A stretch of DNA of 64,000 bases from a virus, in UHGV virus genome UHGV-1483955; one strand, written 5' to 3'. A model generated the notes under the pieces. That model was not told where the DNA came from. It was given only the letters and a program-made list of their open reading frames with translations, and made no database searches. The position numbers and the translations under genes are program-made. Below, one piece after another: positions 11,083 to 19,417 of this stretch. Positions within the stretch are counted from its first letter, which is position 1. The number at the start of each line of letters is the position of its first letter.

Positions 11083-11392
11083 TAATTAATTCACCAAGAC
11101 TATTTGGGTATGCTTTATAAATAACATACTCCGAAGAGCCATCTGAATATTGGTAAGCCCCATAACAGATCAGTTTATTTATTCCTTTCTGAATAGTTTT
11201 TTGATTATAAGAATCAACCACTGTTATTCCATATGACGATAATATTTCGTTATATTCTTCAATAAGAGCTTTTCTTGTTTCCACTGAATTACAATCTACC
11301 TTCGAAAAGTCAACTTCATCAGCAAAAACATTAAATGTTAAAAAGGAAAGCACTAAAAACAAACGAATCAGCATAAATCCACTCCTACGCAT
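11057..11392 (-). CDS. small secreted protein (111 aa)
   Basis: Signal-peptide-like N-terminus (LIRLFLVLSFLTFNVFA); AT-rich; overlaps next gene start. Confidence 0.4.
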   Translation of the reverse strand: MRRSGFMLIRLFLVLSFLTFNVFADEVDFSKVDCNSVETRKALIEEYNEILSSYGITVVDSYNQKTIQKGINKLICYGAYQYSDGSSEYVIYKAYPNSLGELISEFKPINE

Positions 11393-11395
11393 GGA

Positions 11396-11527
11396 TTAAT
11401 AGTCATTGATCGCAAAGGCGTAAACTTGCCAAAGGTATTTCGTATAATCGGTACAAATCTCCTTTACGCTTGATGCTGCATTAACAGTCCCAGCCATAAA
11501 TAATAACGATAGTAATAGTTTTCTCAT
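11396..11527 (-). CDS. 43-aa signal-peptide-like small ORF
   Basis: MRKLLLSLLFMAGTVNAASSVKEICTDYTKYLWQVYAFAINDY, ATG at 11527 preceded by AGGTGAGG; not in the ORF track (below length cut-off). Confidence 0.3.
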   Translation of the reverse strand: MRKLLLSLLFMAGTVNAASSVKEICTDYTKYLWQVYAFAINDY

Positions 11528-11622
11528 TATAACCTCACCTGCCTTATAACCCATTTAGGGTACATATTTTCGCCTTTAAAAAAAAGAGGTTATTAGATCC
11601 AATTGTGTATTTATTAAGCAGA

Positions 11623-11639
11623 TAATGCTCTAATAAATT
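11623..11639. promoter_or_regulatory. C1 operator-like site
   Basis: AATGCTCTAATAAATTT, one mismatch from the P1 C1 operator consensus ATTGCTCTAATAAATTT. Confidence 0.6.
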
Positions 11640-11779
11640 TGTATTTTTAAGTCACGAATGCTATCTTTTCGCATCATATTGACCTTTTAATCGTTCAGGC
11701 TTATAGTTCCGCCGTCGTAGCAAATTCTGCGACCGGGTTTAGCAGCCTGAATGATTGTGCGGACAGCCGCAGATATCCG

Positions 11780-11940
11780 ATATTGCGGTATTTTTGTGTC
11801 CGTAAAACCGCGTTACGCCCAAATTATGGTGGGGCGTGATGGGGAGGCTTCGGCCTGCTGGTTTCACAATCGCCAGTCTGCTAACCCCGTCACGTCCTGC
11901 CACCTGTTTAGCAGCGGGTAGCAGGTTGTTAAACCTGATT
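11780..11940 (+). ncRNA. candidate c4-type antisense RNA region upstream of icd
   Basis: Non-coding stretch between the operator and icd with complementary segments (CTGCTAA ... TTAGCAG); exact RNA ends cannot be set from sequence alone. Confidence 0.3.
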
Positions 11941-11954
11941 GTGAGGCCGTAACT

Positions 11955-12176
11955 ATGGTTAATGCCAATCCTTGCGCACGCCCAGAATTCATCTGGCGTT
12001 TCTATTCCTGTAAAAAACACCACTATCACTTCGTTATCGCAGCAACTGAAGACGAAGCACGCTCTCAATTGCCTGATGGCCCCTGCATTTTTACTGCCCG
12101 TTTTTCAACTAACTCGCGCAATTCACTTAGTTACTGGAGCCTCCCCTTCTCTGCCGACGTTCAGGGGGGTTTATGA
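11955..12176 (+). CDS. icd: Icd-like small protein (73 aa)
   Basis: 73-aa ORF whose TGA overlaps the ant1 ATG (ATGA), matching the P1 icd-ant arrangement. Confidence 0.5.
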   Translation: MVNANPCARPEFIWRFYSCKKHHYHFVIAATEDEARSQLPDGPCIFTARFSTNSRNSLSYWSLPFSADVQGGL

Positions 12177-13216
12177 AAAAACCTCTCGTCACCCGTAATG
12201 ACATAGCCGAAGCGATCGCCCTGCATACTGCCTGTATACCGACACGGGAGATCCCCGGCGCAATTGCCAACTATTTCATGATAACCAGGCGTTTTTATAC
12301 CCGAACAGATAAGGCTGTGATCAACAGGCTACTGATAGCCGAGATCAGGGATTATTTGATTGAACAAGGACGTCTACGTTACGCAACGGTGGCAGCAGAA
12401 ATGAGAAAGGAGGCACATAGAATGACCAGTAATAATTTGAATGTTAAAAAACCAGCACCTGTTGCTTCAGCAACGCCAGCACCAGCCGTGAATGTCATCC
12501 CCACCACCGGAGACACAATCGACAGCCTGACACTGTTAAAGATGGTCAATGAAGCGCGTAAGTTATGTGGGGAACCAGAGGTTCGGAACAACAAATTCAT
12601 CGAAAAAATACTCGACGAATTAGAAGGTGAGGACGGTTACACAAAAAGTGCAACCGTGCCGCCAGGTGGCGGTACGCCTATGGTTGTCATAACCATGACC
12701 TACAAACAAGCCCTGCGAGTCGCCGCGCGCGAATCGAAAGCGGTCCGCCGTTCGCTGATCGACAAACTGGAAGAATTGCAGCAGGCAAACTCCCCTACCC
12801 CATCGATCCCCCAAACATTACCAGAAGCCCTACGCCTGGCTGCCGAGTTGGCAGAACAGAAATTGCAGCTGGAACAACAGCTGGTGGCCGCAGCCCCTAA
12901 AGTCGATTTTGCCGACCGGGTATCAGTGGCTAATGGAATCCTGATCGGGAACTTTGCAAAGGTCGTTGGACTTAAGCAAAACGCCCTTTTCTCATGGTTG
13001 CGCCAGAACGGCATTCTCATGGCTTTTGGTGCGCGCAAAAACGTACCGCGCCAGCAGTACATTAACGCCGGGTATTTCACGGTGAAAGAAGTGGTGCTGG
13101 ATGATGAAAATGGCTACCAGATACGGCTGACGCCCCAATTAACGGGTAAAGGCCAGCAGTGGTTAACTCGCAAGCTACTTGATGCTGGTTTGTTAAAACC
13201 AGTAGCAATAGGTTAA
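12173..13216 (+). CDS. ant1: antirepressor with C-terminal KilA-C/AntA-type domain
   Basis: 347 aa; C-terminal block PEALRLAAELAEQK...VANGILIGNFAKVVGL...GKGQQWL shared with the KilA ORF downstream. Confidence 0.7.
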   Translation: MKKPLVTRNDIAEAIALHTACIPTREIPGAIANYFMITRRFYTRTDKAVINRLLIAEIRDYLIEQGRLRYATVAAEMRKEAHRMTSNNLNVKKPAPVASATPAPAVNVIPTTGDTIDSLTLLKMVNEARKLCGEPEVRNNKFIEKILDELEGEDGYTKSATVPPGGGTPMVVITMTYKQALRVAARESKAVRRSLIDKLEELQQANSPTPSIPQTLPEALRLAAELAEQKLQLEQQLVAAAPKVDFADRVSVANGILIGNFAKVVGLKQNALFSWLRQNGILMAFGARKNVPRQQYINAGYFTVKEVVLDDENGYQIRLTPQLTGKGQQWLTRKLLDAGLLKPVAIG

Positions 13217-13228
13217 CAAAAGAAAAAA

Positions 13229-13253
13229 CCTGCCAGCAAACTGGCAGGTTTCT
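13229..13253 (+). terminator. rho-independent terminator after ant1
   Basis: CCTGCCAGCAAACTGGCAGG followed by TTTCT. Confidence 0.55.
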
Positions 13254-13293
13254 GAGCAGATCGACCAACCCGATCTGGATCGAGTCAGAAAAA

Positions 13294-13310
13294 TTTGCTC
13301 TAATAAATTT
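13294..13310. promoter_or_regulatory. C1 operator-like site upstream of kilA
   Basis: TTTGCTCTAATAAATTT. Confidence 0.7.
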
Positions 13311-13379
13311 CGTTTTCTAAGTGCAAAGAATCACCATTTCGAGCTGGTGATTGAAGGTTGATGCAAATTTGGAGAAAAA

Positions 13380-14180
13380 ATGCAACAAACATTCAATGCG
13401 GATATGAATATATCAAACCTTCATCAAAATGTCGATCCTTCAACCACTCTGCCCGTTATTTGTGGTGTTGAAATTACGACCGACCGCGCTGGCCGTTACA
13501 ACCTTAATGCTCTACACAGAGCGAGCGGACTCGGTGCCCATAAAGCGCCAGCTCAATGGCTAAGAACGCTGTCAGCCAAACAGCTCATCGAAGAGCTTGA
13601 AAAAGAAACTATGCAGAATTGCATAGTTTCGTTCGAAGGCCGTGGCGGCGGCACTTTTGCCCATGAATTGCTCGCAGTGGAGTACGCAGGCTGGATTTCT
13701 CCCGCGTTTCGGCTGAAGGTAAACCAGACATTTATCGACTATCGAGCCGGAAGATTACAACCTGCTATTCCGAAGAGCCTCCCAGAAGCTCTCCGTTTGG
13801 CTGCTGACCTGGCAGAGCAAAAGCAACGGCTGGAGCAAAAAATGCTGATGGATGCACCTAAAGTCGAATTCGCCGAACGCGTTGCTACCGCCAGCGGGGT
13901 TCTAATCGGCAACTATGCCAAAGTGCTCGGCCTGGGCCAAAACTATCTCTTCACCTGGTTGCGTGATAACGGAATTCTGATCGCAACCGGTGAACGCAGG
14001 AACGTCCCCAAACAAGAATACATATCCCGTGGGTATTTCACCCTTAAAGAAACCGTGATCGATACAAGCAATGGAAGCAGGATTTCTTTCACGACTCGTA
14101 TAACCGGCAAAGGTCAGCAGTGGCTGATGAAGCGATTGCTTGATGCTGGTGTGCTGGTACCTGTCGCGGCAACGCGCTAA
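13380..14180 (+). CDS. kilA: KilA (KilA-N plus KilA-C domains)
   Basis: 266 aa; C-terminal domain paralogous to ant1 C-terminus (PEALRLAADLAEQK, GVLIGNYAKVLGL, GKGQQWL). Confidence 0.7.
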   Translation: MQQTFNADMNISNLHQNVDPSTTLPVICGVEITTDRAGRYNLNALHRASGLGAHKAPAQWLRTLSAKQLIEELEKETMQNCIVSFEGRGGGTFAHELLAVEYAGWISPAFRLKVNQTFIDYRAGRLQPAIPKSLPEALRLAADLAEQKQRLEQKMLMDAPKVEFAERVATASGVLIGNYAKVLGLGQNYLFTWLRDNGILIATGERRNVPKQEYISRGYFTLKETVIDTSNGSRISFTTRITGKGQQWLMKRLLDAGVLVPVAATR

Positions 14181-14209
14181 CAGACGTAGTAAGAACCACC
14201 AGCATTGTA

Positions 14210-15055
14210 ATGCTGGCTAAAGTCACTTTCCTGAGCTGTATAACGATGAGCGATTTTACTTTTTCTGGCTATGAATTGGCCTGCTTTGTAACACACTCCG
14301 GTCTATCCCGTAGCGCCGGGCATATCCTGTCGCAATGTGCAAATCTAGCGGCAACAACCAGTGAATACTTCATTCACAAGCCTCACCGCCTGATCGCGGC
14401 AGAAACTGGTTATAGCCAATCAACCGTCGTTCGTGCATTCCGTGAAGCTGTAAACAAAGGAATTCTGTCTGTAGAGATTGTTATCGGCGATCACCGTGAA
14501 CGTCGCGCTAACCTGTACCGGTTTACACCATCCTTTTTGGCCTTCGCACAACAAGCCAAAAATGCGCTGATTGAAAGCAAATTAAAGATCTCTTCAGCGG
14601 CAACCAAGGTTAAAGCTGTTCTCGCTAAGACATTGGCTTTATTTAATTTTTTATCCACACCCCCATGTCAAAATGATACCCCCTCCCCCTGTCAGGATGA
14701 CGTGGCAATAAAGAATAAGAAGTCACAAGTTAAAAAAACAAAAAGATCAGTTTCCGGCGGTGCCGGAACGACCAGACTCAAAAAATTGACTTCATGGATC
14801 GCTGAGGCAAAAACAAAGGCTGACAATCTGCGGTTATCCAAAAAACGCGCTCAAAAACATGAGTTCAAGCAGAAAGTAGAGGCGGCAGCGCGGAAATATG
14901 CTTACCTGAAGAACAAGCGTTCTCCTGATATTGGCGGTGTATCAAACTTCGATAATCTGCCGCATTGCATGACGGTAAACGAAGCTCTTAATGCGGTTTT
15001 AGCCAAAAATAAAGATAACGAACAATGGGGTATACCGGCAGGATTCAGAGGGTGA
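14210..15055 (+). CDS. repL: RepL-like lytic replication protein
   Basis: 281-aa ORF directly downstream of kilA, basic C-terminal half; size and position match P1 repL. Confidence 0.65.
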   Translation: MLAKVTFLSCITMSDFTFSGYELACFVTHSGLSRSAGHILSQCANLAATTSEYFIHKPHRLIAAETGYSQSTVVRAFREAVNKGILSVEIVIGDHRERRANLYRFTPSFLAFAQQAKNALIESKLKISSAATKVKAVLAKTLALFNFLSTPPCQNDTPSPCQDDVAIKNKKSQVKKTKRSVSGGAGTTRLKKLTSWIAEAKTKADNLRLSKKRAQKHEFKQKVEAAARKYAYLKNKRSPDIGGVSNFDNLPHCMTVNEALNAVLAKNKDNEQWGIPAGFRG

Positions 15056-15351
15056 TAGATTGCTCTAATCTGGAGTCACCTGGCGTTTTCAGTTTGAGGT
15101 CGGAGAGGCAATCTGATTTTTTACAGTTAGCGATCGCTTTTGCAGGATATGTTTGTATTGGCTTCTGTGTATACATGATCAGCCGAAAAATGCTTGTCGA
15201 TATCGACCGCAAAGAACAAGCAGAGGAGATCTTAGTATGGATTTTCTTTGGCGCGGTCTGGCCATTAGGGATCATGTTTGCTGCAACATTTCTTCTGATG
15301 TGGATATTCACCCTTCCTGGTGATTTCTATAGAAAAAAAGCCAGACATTGA
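15025..15351 (+). CDS. small membrane protein (start uncertain)
   Basis: ORF with two hydrophobic segments; start codon ambiguous. Confidence 0.3.
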   Translation: MGYTGRIQRVIDCSNLESPGVFSLRSERQSDFLQLAIAFAGYVCIGFCVYMISRKMLVDIDRKEQAEEILVWIFFGAVWPLGIMFAATFLLMWIFTLPGDFYRKKARH

Positions 15352-15474
15352 TACAATCGTTGCGGGTGCTTGAGGCTATCTGCTTCAGGCATTACCCGAA
15401 AAGCAGATAGAAGAAAGCCCCAGATAACATCACGCGTCCTGCAAGACGCTTAACATTAATCTGAGGCCATATCT

Positions 15475-15681
15475 ATGCTTAGCATACGTAGATTAGCCTC
15501 TTACCGACCAAAAGGTCAAGGAGAAGCAGGCTATGAAGCAGCAAAAAGCGATGTTAATCGCTCTGATCGTCATCTGTTTAACCGTCATTGTGACGGCACT
15601 GGTAACGAGGAAAGACCTCTGCGAGGTACGAATCCGAACCGGCCAGACGGAGGTCACTGTCTTCACAGCCTACGAATCTGA
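15475..15681 (+). CDS. mok: mok-like overlapping reading frame
   Basis: ORF starting 58 nt upstream of hok and overlapping it in another frame, as in hok/mok/sok loci. Confidence 0.4.
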   Translation: MLSIRRLASYRPKGQGEAGYEAAKSDVNRSDRHLFNRHCDGTGNEERPLRGTNPNRPDGGHCLHSLRI

Positions 15682-15688
15682 AAGGTAA
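15533..15688 (+). CDS. hok: Hok/Gef-family type I toxin (51 aa)
   Basis: MKQQKAMLIALIVICLTVIVTALVTRKDLCEVRIRTGQTEVTVFTAYESER; family signature LxTRKxLCExR ... EVxxFxAYES; AAGGAG upstream of ATG. Confidence 0.8.
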   Translation: MKQQKAMLIALIVICLTVIVTALVTRKDLCEVRIRTGQTEVTVFTAYESER

Positions 15689-15767
15689 GAGACCTGGCGG
15701 GGAGAGATCTCCGCCACTCTTCGTGTGTCAGGTATCCTCAATGCACCCTTTCCTCTCCAAATAAAAA

Positions 15768-15785
15768 AGCTCCCGAAGGAGCTTT
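15768..15785. terminator. bidirectional terminator hairpin
   Basis: GCTCCCGAAGGAGC flanked by A-run upstream and T-rich downstream, between hok (+) and the convergent minus-strand gene. Confidence 0.5.
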
Positions 15786-15804
15786 AAAATACAAGGGATG
15801 ACTC

Positions 15805-16314
15805 TTAATCCCACTCAATCCAGTTGTAGACGATACGAAGTGACGGGCGCACAGCGGCAGTCACATCTTCGGTACTAAAGTCGATTGCATCACTGTAGAT
15901 TTTGCAGTCCAACATTTCAATTGTTGTAGCAGCTTTTGTCACAGCGTTAACCCCGGAAGATTTGGATTCAGGGGTCGCAGCCATCGTGATATCAACATAG
16001 TCCTTCGCCGCAATGCGATCCTTGATGAACTGAAGAATATCGCCTTCGATAGTCTCCACGCACTGGACCTGGATTTCCCCAGAGTTTCGAATTGGTCCGT
16101 GCTGGTTGAACTTCACACCATTCGGACCATAGTCCTCCACATCCTCGCGGGTCATTTCAGGAATTTGCGACGTGCGAACCAGTACGCTGATATCTTCATG
16201 GCCTGCAAAAGTGAGCTGGAATTCAGAAGATACCAGTCGTTCGCCTTTGGCCGCGTTGGCAGTATAGCGGCCCTTAATAAATTTACGGTTTCCCTTAGTG
16301 TTATTGTGCCCCAT
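15805..16314 (-). CDS. virion structural protein (tail tube candidate)
   Basis: 169-aa ORF at end of the head/sheath operon. Confidence 0.35.
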   Translation of the reverse strand: MGHNNTKGNRKFIKGRYTANAAKGERLVSSEFQLTFAGHEDISVLVRTSQIPEMTREDVEDYGPNGVKFNQHGPIRNSGEIQVQCVETIEGDILQFIKDRIAAKDYVDITMAATPESKSSGVNAVTKAATTIEMLDCKIYSDAIDFSTEDVTAAVRPSLRIVYNWIEWD

Positions 16315-16325
16315 ATAAAATCCTT

Positions 16326-16907
16326 TTACTGGAACGCCCGAACAATATCGGAGCTGTTATATATCGAAGAACCGGTCAACTGGAGGTTGACGGTGTTTTT
16401 CAGGAAATGCCCATTGCTGTCCCTGGGCGCATCGAGATCGAAACTTATGTCCTGGATAGCGACATCAATGATGTTGATCCGGCGACCAATGTTTAGCGTC
16501 ACACGCTCCGGGATTCGACCACCAATACTGGCATCTTTAAGTTCCGGGCTAATCATCGCTGACAATGCGGCGATAGCTCCTGAAACCTCCGTGAATGGGT
16601 CAAACAAAGCGATGAAAGTTACTGGCAGCGTGAAAGTCGGCGGTGTTCCCCCCTCCCAAACCATTAAGCTGTTCCAACGGGCCACCGACGTTGTTTCAGT
16701 ACCAACCTGCGCAAAACCACTGAAAGCACCAGCAACAGATCCCATGGACATACCGGTAAACGGCGCTTCCCAATTCTGGGCCATGTTCATTGCCGCCCCC
16801 TGGCTGATATATCCGGTAACCTGGTACTGAGAGTTCGTTAAAGTAACTTTCAGAAATGGCGATACACCGTCAGCCTGGCTGTAAACCCCATAAGGTATAG
16901 GTGCCAT
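16326..16907 (-). CDS. virion structural protein (193 aa)
   Basis: ORF in structural operon; position only. Confidence 0.35.
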   Translation of the reverse strand: MAPIPYGVYSQADGVSPFLKVTLTNSQYQVTGYISQGAAMNMAQNWEAPFTGMSMGSVAGAFSGFAQVGTETTSVARWNSLMVWEGGTPPTFTLPVTFIALFDPFTEVSGAIAALSAMISPELKDASIGGRIPERVTLNIGRRINIIDVAIQDISFDLDAPRDSNGHFLKNTVNLQLTGSSIYNSSDIVRAFQ

Positions 16908-16942
16908 TCAAGTTAAAGGCCGGAGTTCTCCGGCCTCCTCCT

Positions 16943-17758
16943 TTAGCCAAGGCGCTTACGGCGCAGTTTCATTGACTTTTTGCGGGCAAGTTTTGCCGCG
17001 CCGGTCTGGGCTTTTCGACGCGCTTTTTTCAGCGCCGATTTTTGAGCCGCAGTCAGACGTTTTTTACGCAGGCGTTTACGGATGAGTTTGATCTCACCGT
17101 TACGAACAACCTTCTTAAATGCTTCAGTCAGCATTTCATCAGAAGTGCCAGCAACAACAAACGCCGCTTCCAGTTCGTCACGGTCGTCGCTATCTAAACC
17201 AGCGATAGAGGCACCAACATCAGCAGCTGCGTCGTCGTCTTCATCATCAGCCAGTGCTTCGATCAGGTCATCATCTACACCGCATGCTGCGAGGAAGTCA
17301 GCAACATTTGCCCATGCTTCGTTATAGGCATCGTCCTGTTCTTCTGTAACTTCGGAGTCGTCGTCATCAGAGATACCAGCGATAGCCTGAACGAAACCAT
17401 CAAGGGAGTCGAAAGTCAGATCACCGCTATCAGCCCAGGCGAAAACGGCGTCGGCCGCATCACTCAACGCATTCTGCATAGCACTTCGATTTGCAGCTTC
17501 CAGAATCATCTGGTGCGCCTGTTCGACGGTCCATTCTTTACCGTCTTTCCCTTCCAGGATTTGCTCAGGAGCCGTGGCAGATGGAACGTTATCGTTAGTC
17601 TGTGCCGCCGGTTTCGGATTATTATTAATAACCGGATCTGTTGTCGGTTCGGCGCTTGCTCGGGCAGACTCCATCAACTGCACAGGATCAGAGTTCAAAG
17701 CGAAACGAGACAGTCCATTCCCCAAAAATGCCCCGGATTGAAAAAAGTTTTTGCTCAT
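16943..17758 (-). CDS. highly acidic protein with lysine/arginine-rich C-terminal tail
   Basis: 271 aa; D/E-rich centre and C-terminal KLIRKRLRKKRLTAAQKSALKKARRKAQTGAAKLARKKSMKLRRKRLG. Confidence 0.45.
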   Translation of the reverse strand: MSKNFFQSGAFLGNGLSRFALNSDPVQLMESARASAEPTTDPVINNNPKPAAQTNDNVPSATAPEQILEGKDGKEWTVEQAHQMILEAANRSAMQNALSDAADAVFAWADSGDLTFDSLDGFVQAIAGISDDDDSEVTEEQDDAYNEAWANVADFLAACGVDDDLIEALADDEDDDAAADVGASIAGLDSDDRDELEAAFVVAGTSDEMLTEAFKKVVRNGEIKLIRKRLRKKRLTAAQKSALKKARRKAQTGAAKLARKKSMKLRRKRLG

Positions 17759-17767
17759 TGTATTTCC

Positions 17768-19357
17768 TTACTTAATAAGCAGCGGTACGCCCTGGATACG
17801 ACGGGCTACGCCAGTCGGGCAGCAGGCCCAGACTACTTCCCATTTATCGAATTCCGCCTGCGTAACTTTCAGCACATACGGTTCTGTACCGTCAGCATCA
17901 GGATCACGAGGAGCCACCAGAGCGCCGGAGGCGACAAAGCGATCCAAAAGTTTGGTCATCCCTTTAGTCAGGCCAGACTCAGTAATGCCGTCCGGGTTAT
18001 GCTTCATCTGTCGGGCTAACTGGACAAAGAAACGGCTGATTGCGTTCATCAGGGATGGGACGTGCTGGAAATGCAGATAGTTGTCCTGCGTGCAGCAAGT
18101 TAAAGCATCATCGATGATCATCTGGCCCGAAGTACCTACAGATACTTTATTGAGTCGGCCCTTGACCATAGCTTCTTCGTCCGGGGTGTCTTCAGGATAC
18201 AGCGGCTGAAGTGATGCACGAGCTATGACGGCACGTTCTTCACCAGCCGGTGAGTAATGCCAACCGCCGACATCGGAGTTTTTCTTGACGCCACGAGCTT
18301 TCGCCGCATACGCCGCGCCAGACAGACCGAAGACCACGCGGGATTGGGTCCATTTGTCTTTGCAGGAGAACGGGAAATGATAGACAGCACAGCTTACATA
18401 ATCGGTACCAAGTAAACCGGTATCTTCAACAGCAGAGATCGCTTCCGTGTACGTCAATGTCGGTTTGACATCAAAGAAGCCATCAATCAGGCGATCAGAA
18501 CAGATATTACCTAACGCAGTGATCGCCGCATTGTCATAGCACCCCAGGCCGAGAACAACGGTGTACATGTACGGCGCATTGTTCAGCACTTTCACCGCAC
18601 GCAGGTACGCAGCGGTTGAGATTTTCGACTGATCGCCGTTGGTACCGCCAGTGAACGCCAACGATTTTTTGTTTGTTACTTTCGCTGTCGAAATCAGCTC
18701 TTCATTAACAACCGCGCGCAGATATTTAGAACGGGCTTCCAGAGCCGTAGGCAGATAACACAAGCGGCCCATGTCATCTTTCGCTTCTTCCGCCAAAGAC
18801 ACAGTGTGTGTCTCCAGGGTCGTTACCACGCCGAGCGAAGTCGTCTGGGTCAGTTTTAAGAGGAAGCGTTCATTACCCGCGCTGTCCGCTGTTGCCGTTT
18901 CGATGGTTAACTCACGGGTAGGTGAAATACACGGATCACCATCATCAACGTAGATAGCAAAGGCTTCGCCACTATCAAGTTCAATTTCAGAACCGTATGG
19001 CAACGCACTGTAAGCCGGTTCGCCTGATTCATCGAACATAATAATCGGGAACTTCGCATCATCCGGAACAGCGCGAACAACATAACCAGATGTTTGCTGA
19101 ATAGCTTCGTATACATGGCGAATTGGTTCGAACTGTGAGCCGGAAGACGGCTTCAGCGGTTCGCCGAGAACATCTTCGTAATTGGACTCAGTAACCGCAA
19201 GAACAGTAAACGGCTTGCCACGCGCAAATACGCCAATACCAGCCCACAAGCTGCTATTTAATGCAACACCGGTAGATAACGTCGCATCGGCATTGATCGG
19301 GCTAACCGCGACGCCGGATGCATTACCTAATGACTGTTGAATTGAATATTGAGACAT
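17768..19357 (-). CDS. tail sheath protein candidate (529 aa)
   Basis: Size (~57 kDa) and position next to capsid candidate, matching the P1 gene 22/23 arrangement as recalled. Confidence 0.5.
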   Translation of the reverse strand: MSQYSIQQSLGNASGVAVSPINADATLSTGVALNSSLWAGIGVFARGKPFTVLAVTESNYEDVLGEPLKPSSGSQFEPIRHVYEAIQQTSGYVVRAVPDDAKFPIIMFDESGEPAYSALPYGSEIELDSGEAFAIYVDDGDPCISPTRELTIETATADSAGNERFLLKLTQTTSLGVVTTLETHTVSLAEEAKDDMGRLCYLPTALEARSKYLRAVVNEELISTAKVTNKKSLAFTGGTNGDQSKISTAAYLRAVKVLNNAPYMYTVVLGLGCYDNAAITALGNICSDRLIDGFFDVKPTLTYTEAISAVEDTGLLGTDYVSCAVYHFPFSCKDKWTQSRVVFGLSGAAYAAKARGVKKNSDVGGWHYSPAGEERAVIARASLQPLYPEDTPDEEAMVKGRLNKVSVGTSGQMIIDDALTCCTQDNYLHFQHVPSLMNAISRFFVQLARQMKHNPDGITESGLTKGMTKLLDRFVASGALVAPRDPDADGTEPYVLKVTQAEFDKWEVVWACCPTGVARRIQGVPLLIK

Positions 19358-19417
19358 AACTTTCCCTGTTATGCGCCCCGCACGGGGGCGCTATGTTAAA
19401 CGGAGAACTTCCCCTGA

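Noticed and set aside
11962-12198. Alternative plus ORF overlapping the icd-like frame
   Set aside because: Runs into the ant1 coding region in another frame; the 11955..12176 frame is preferred because its stop overlaps the ant1 ATG.
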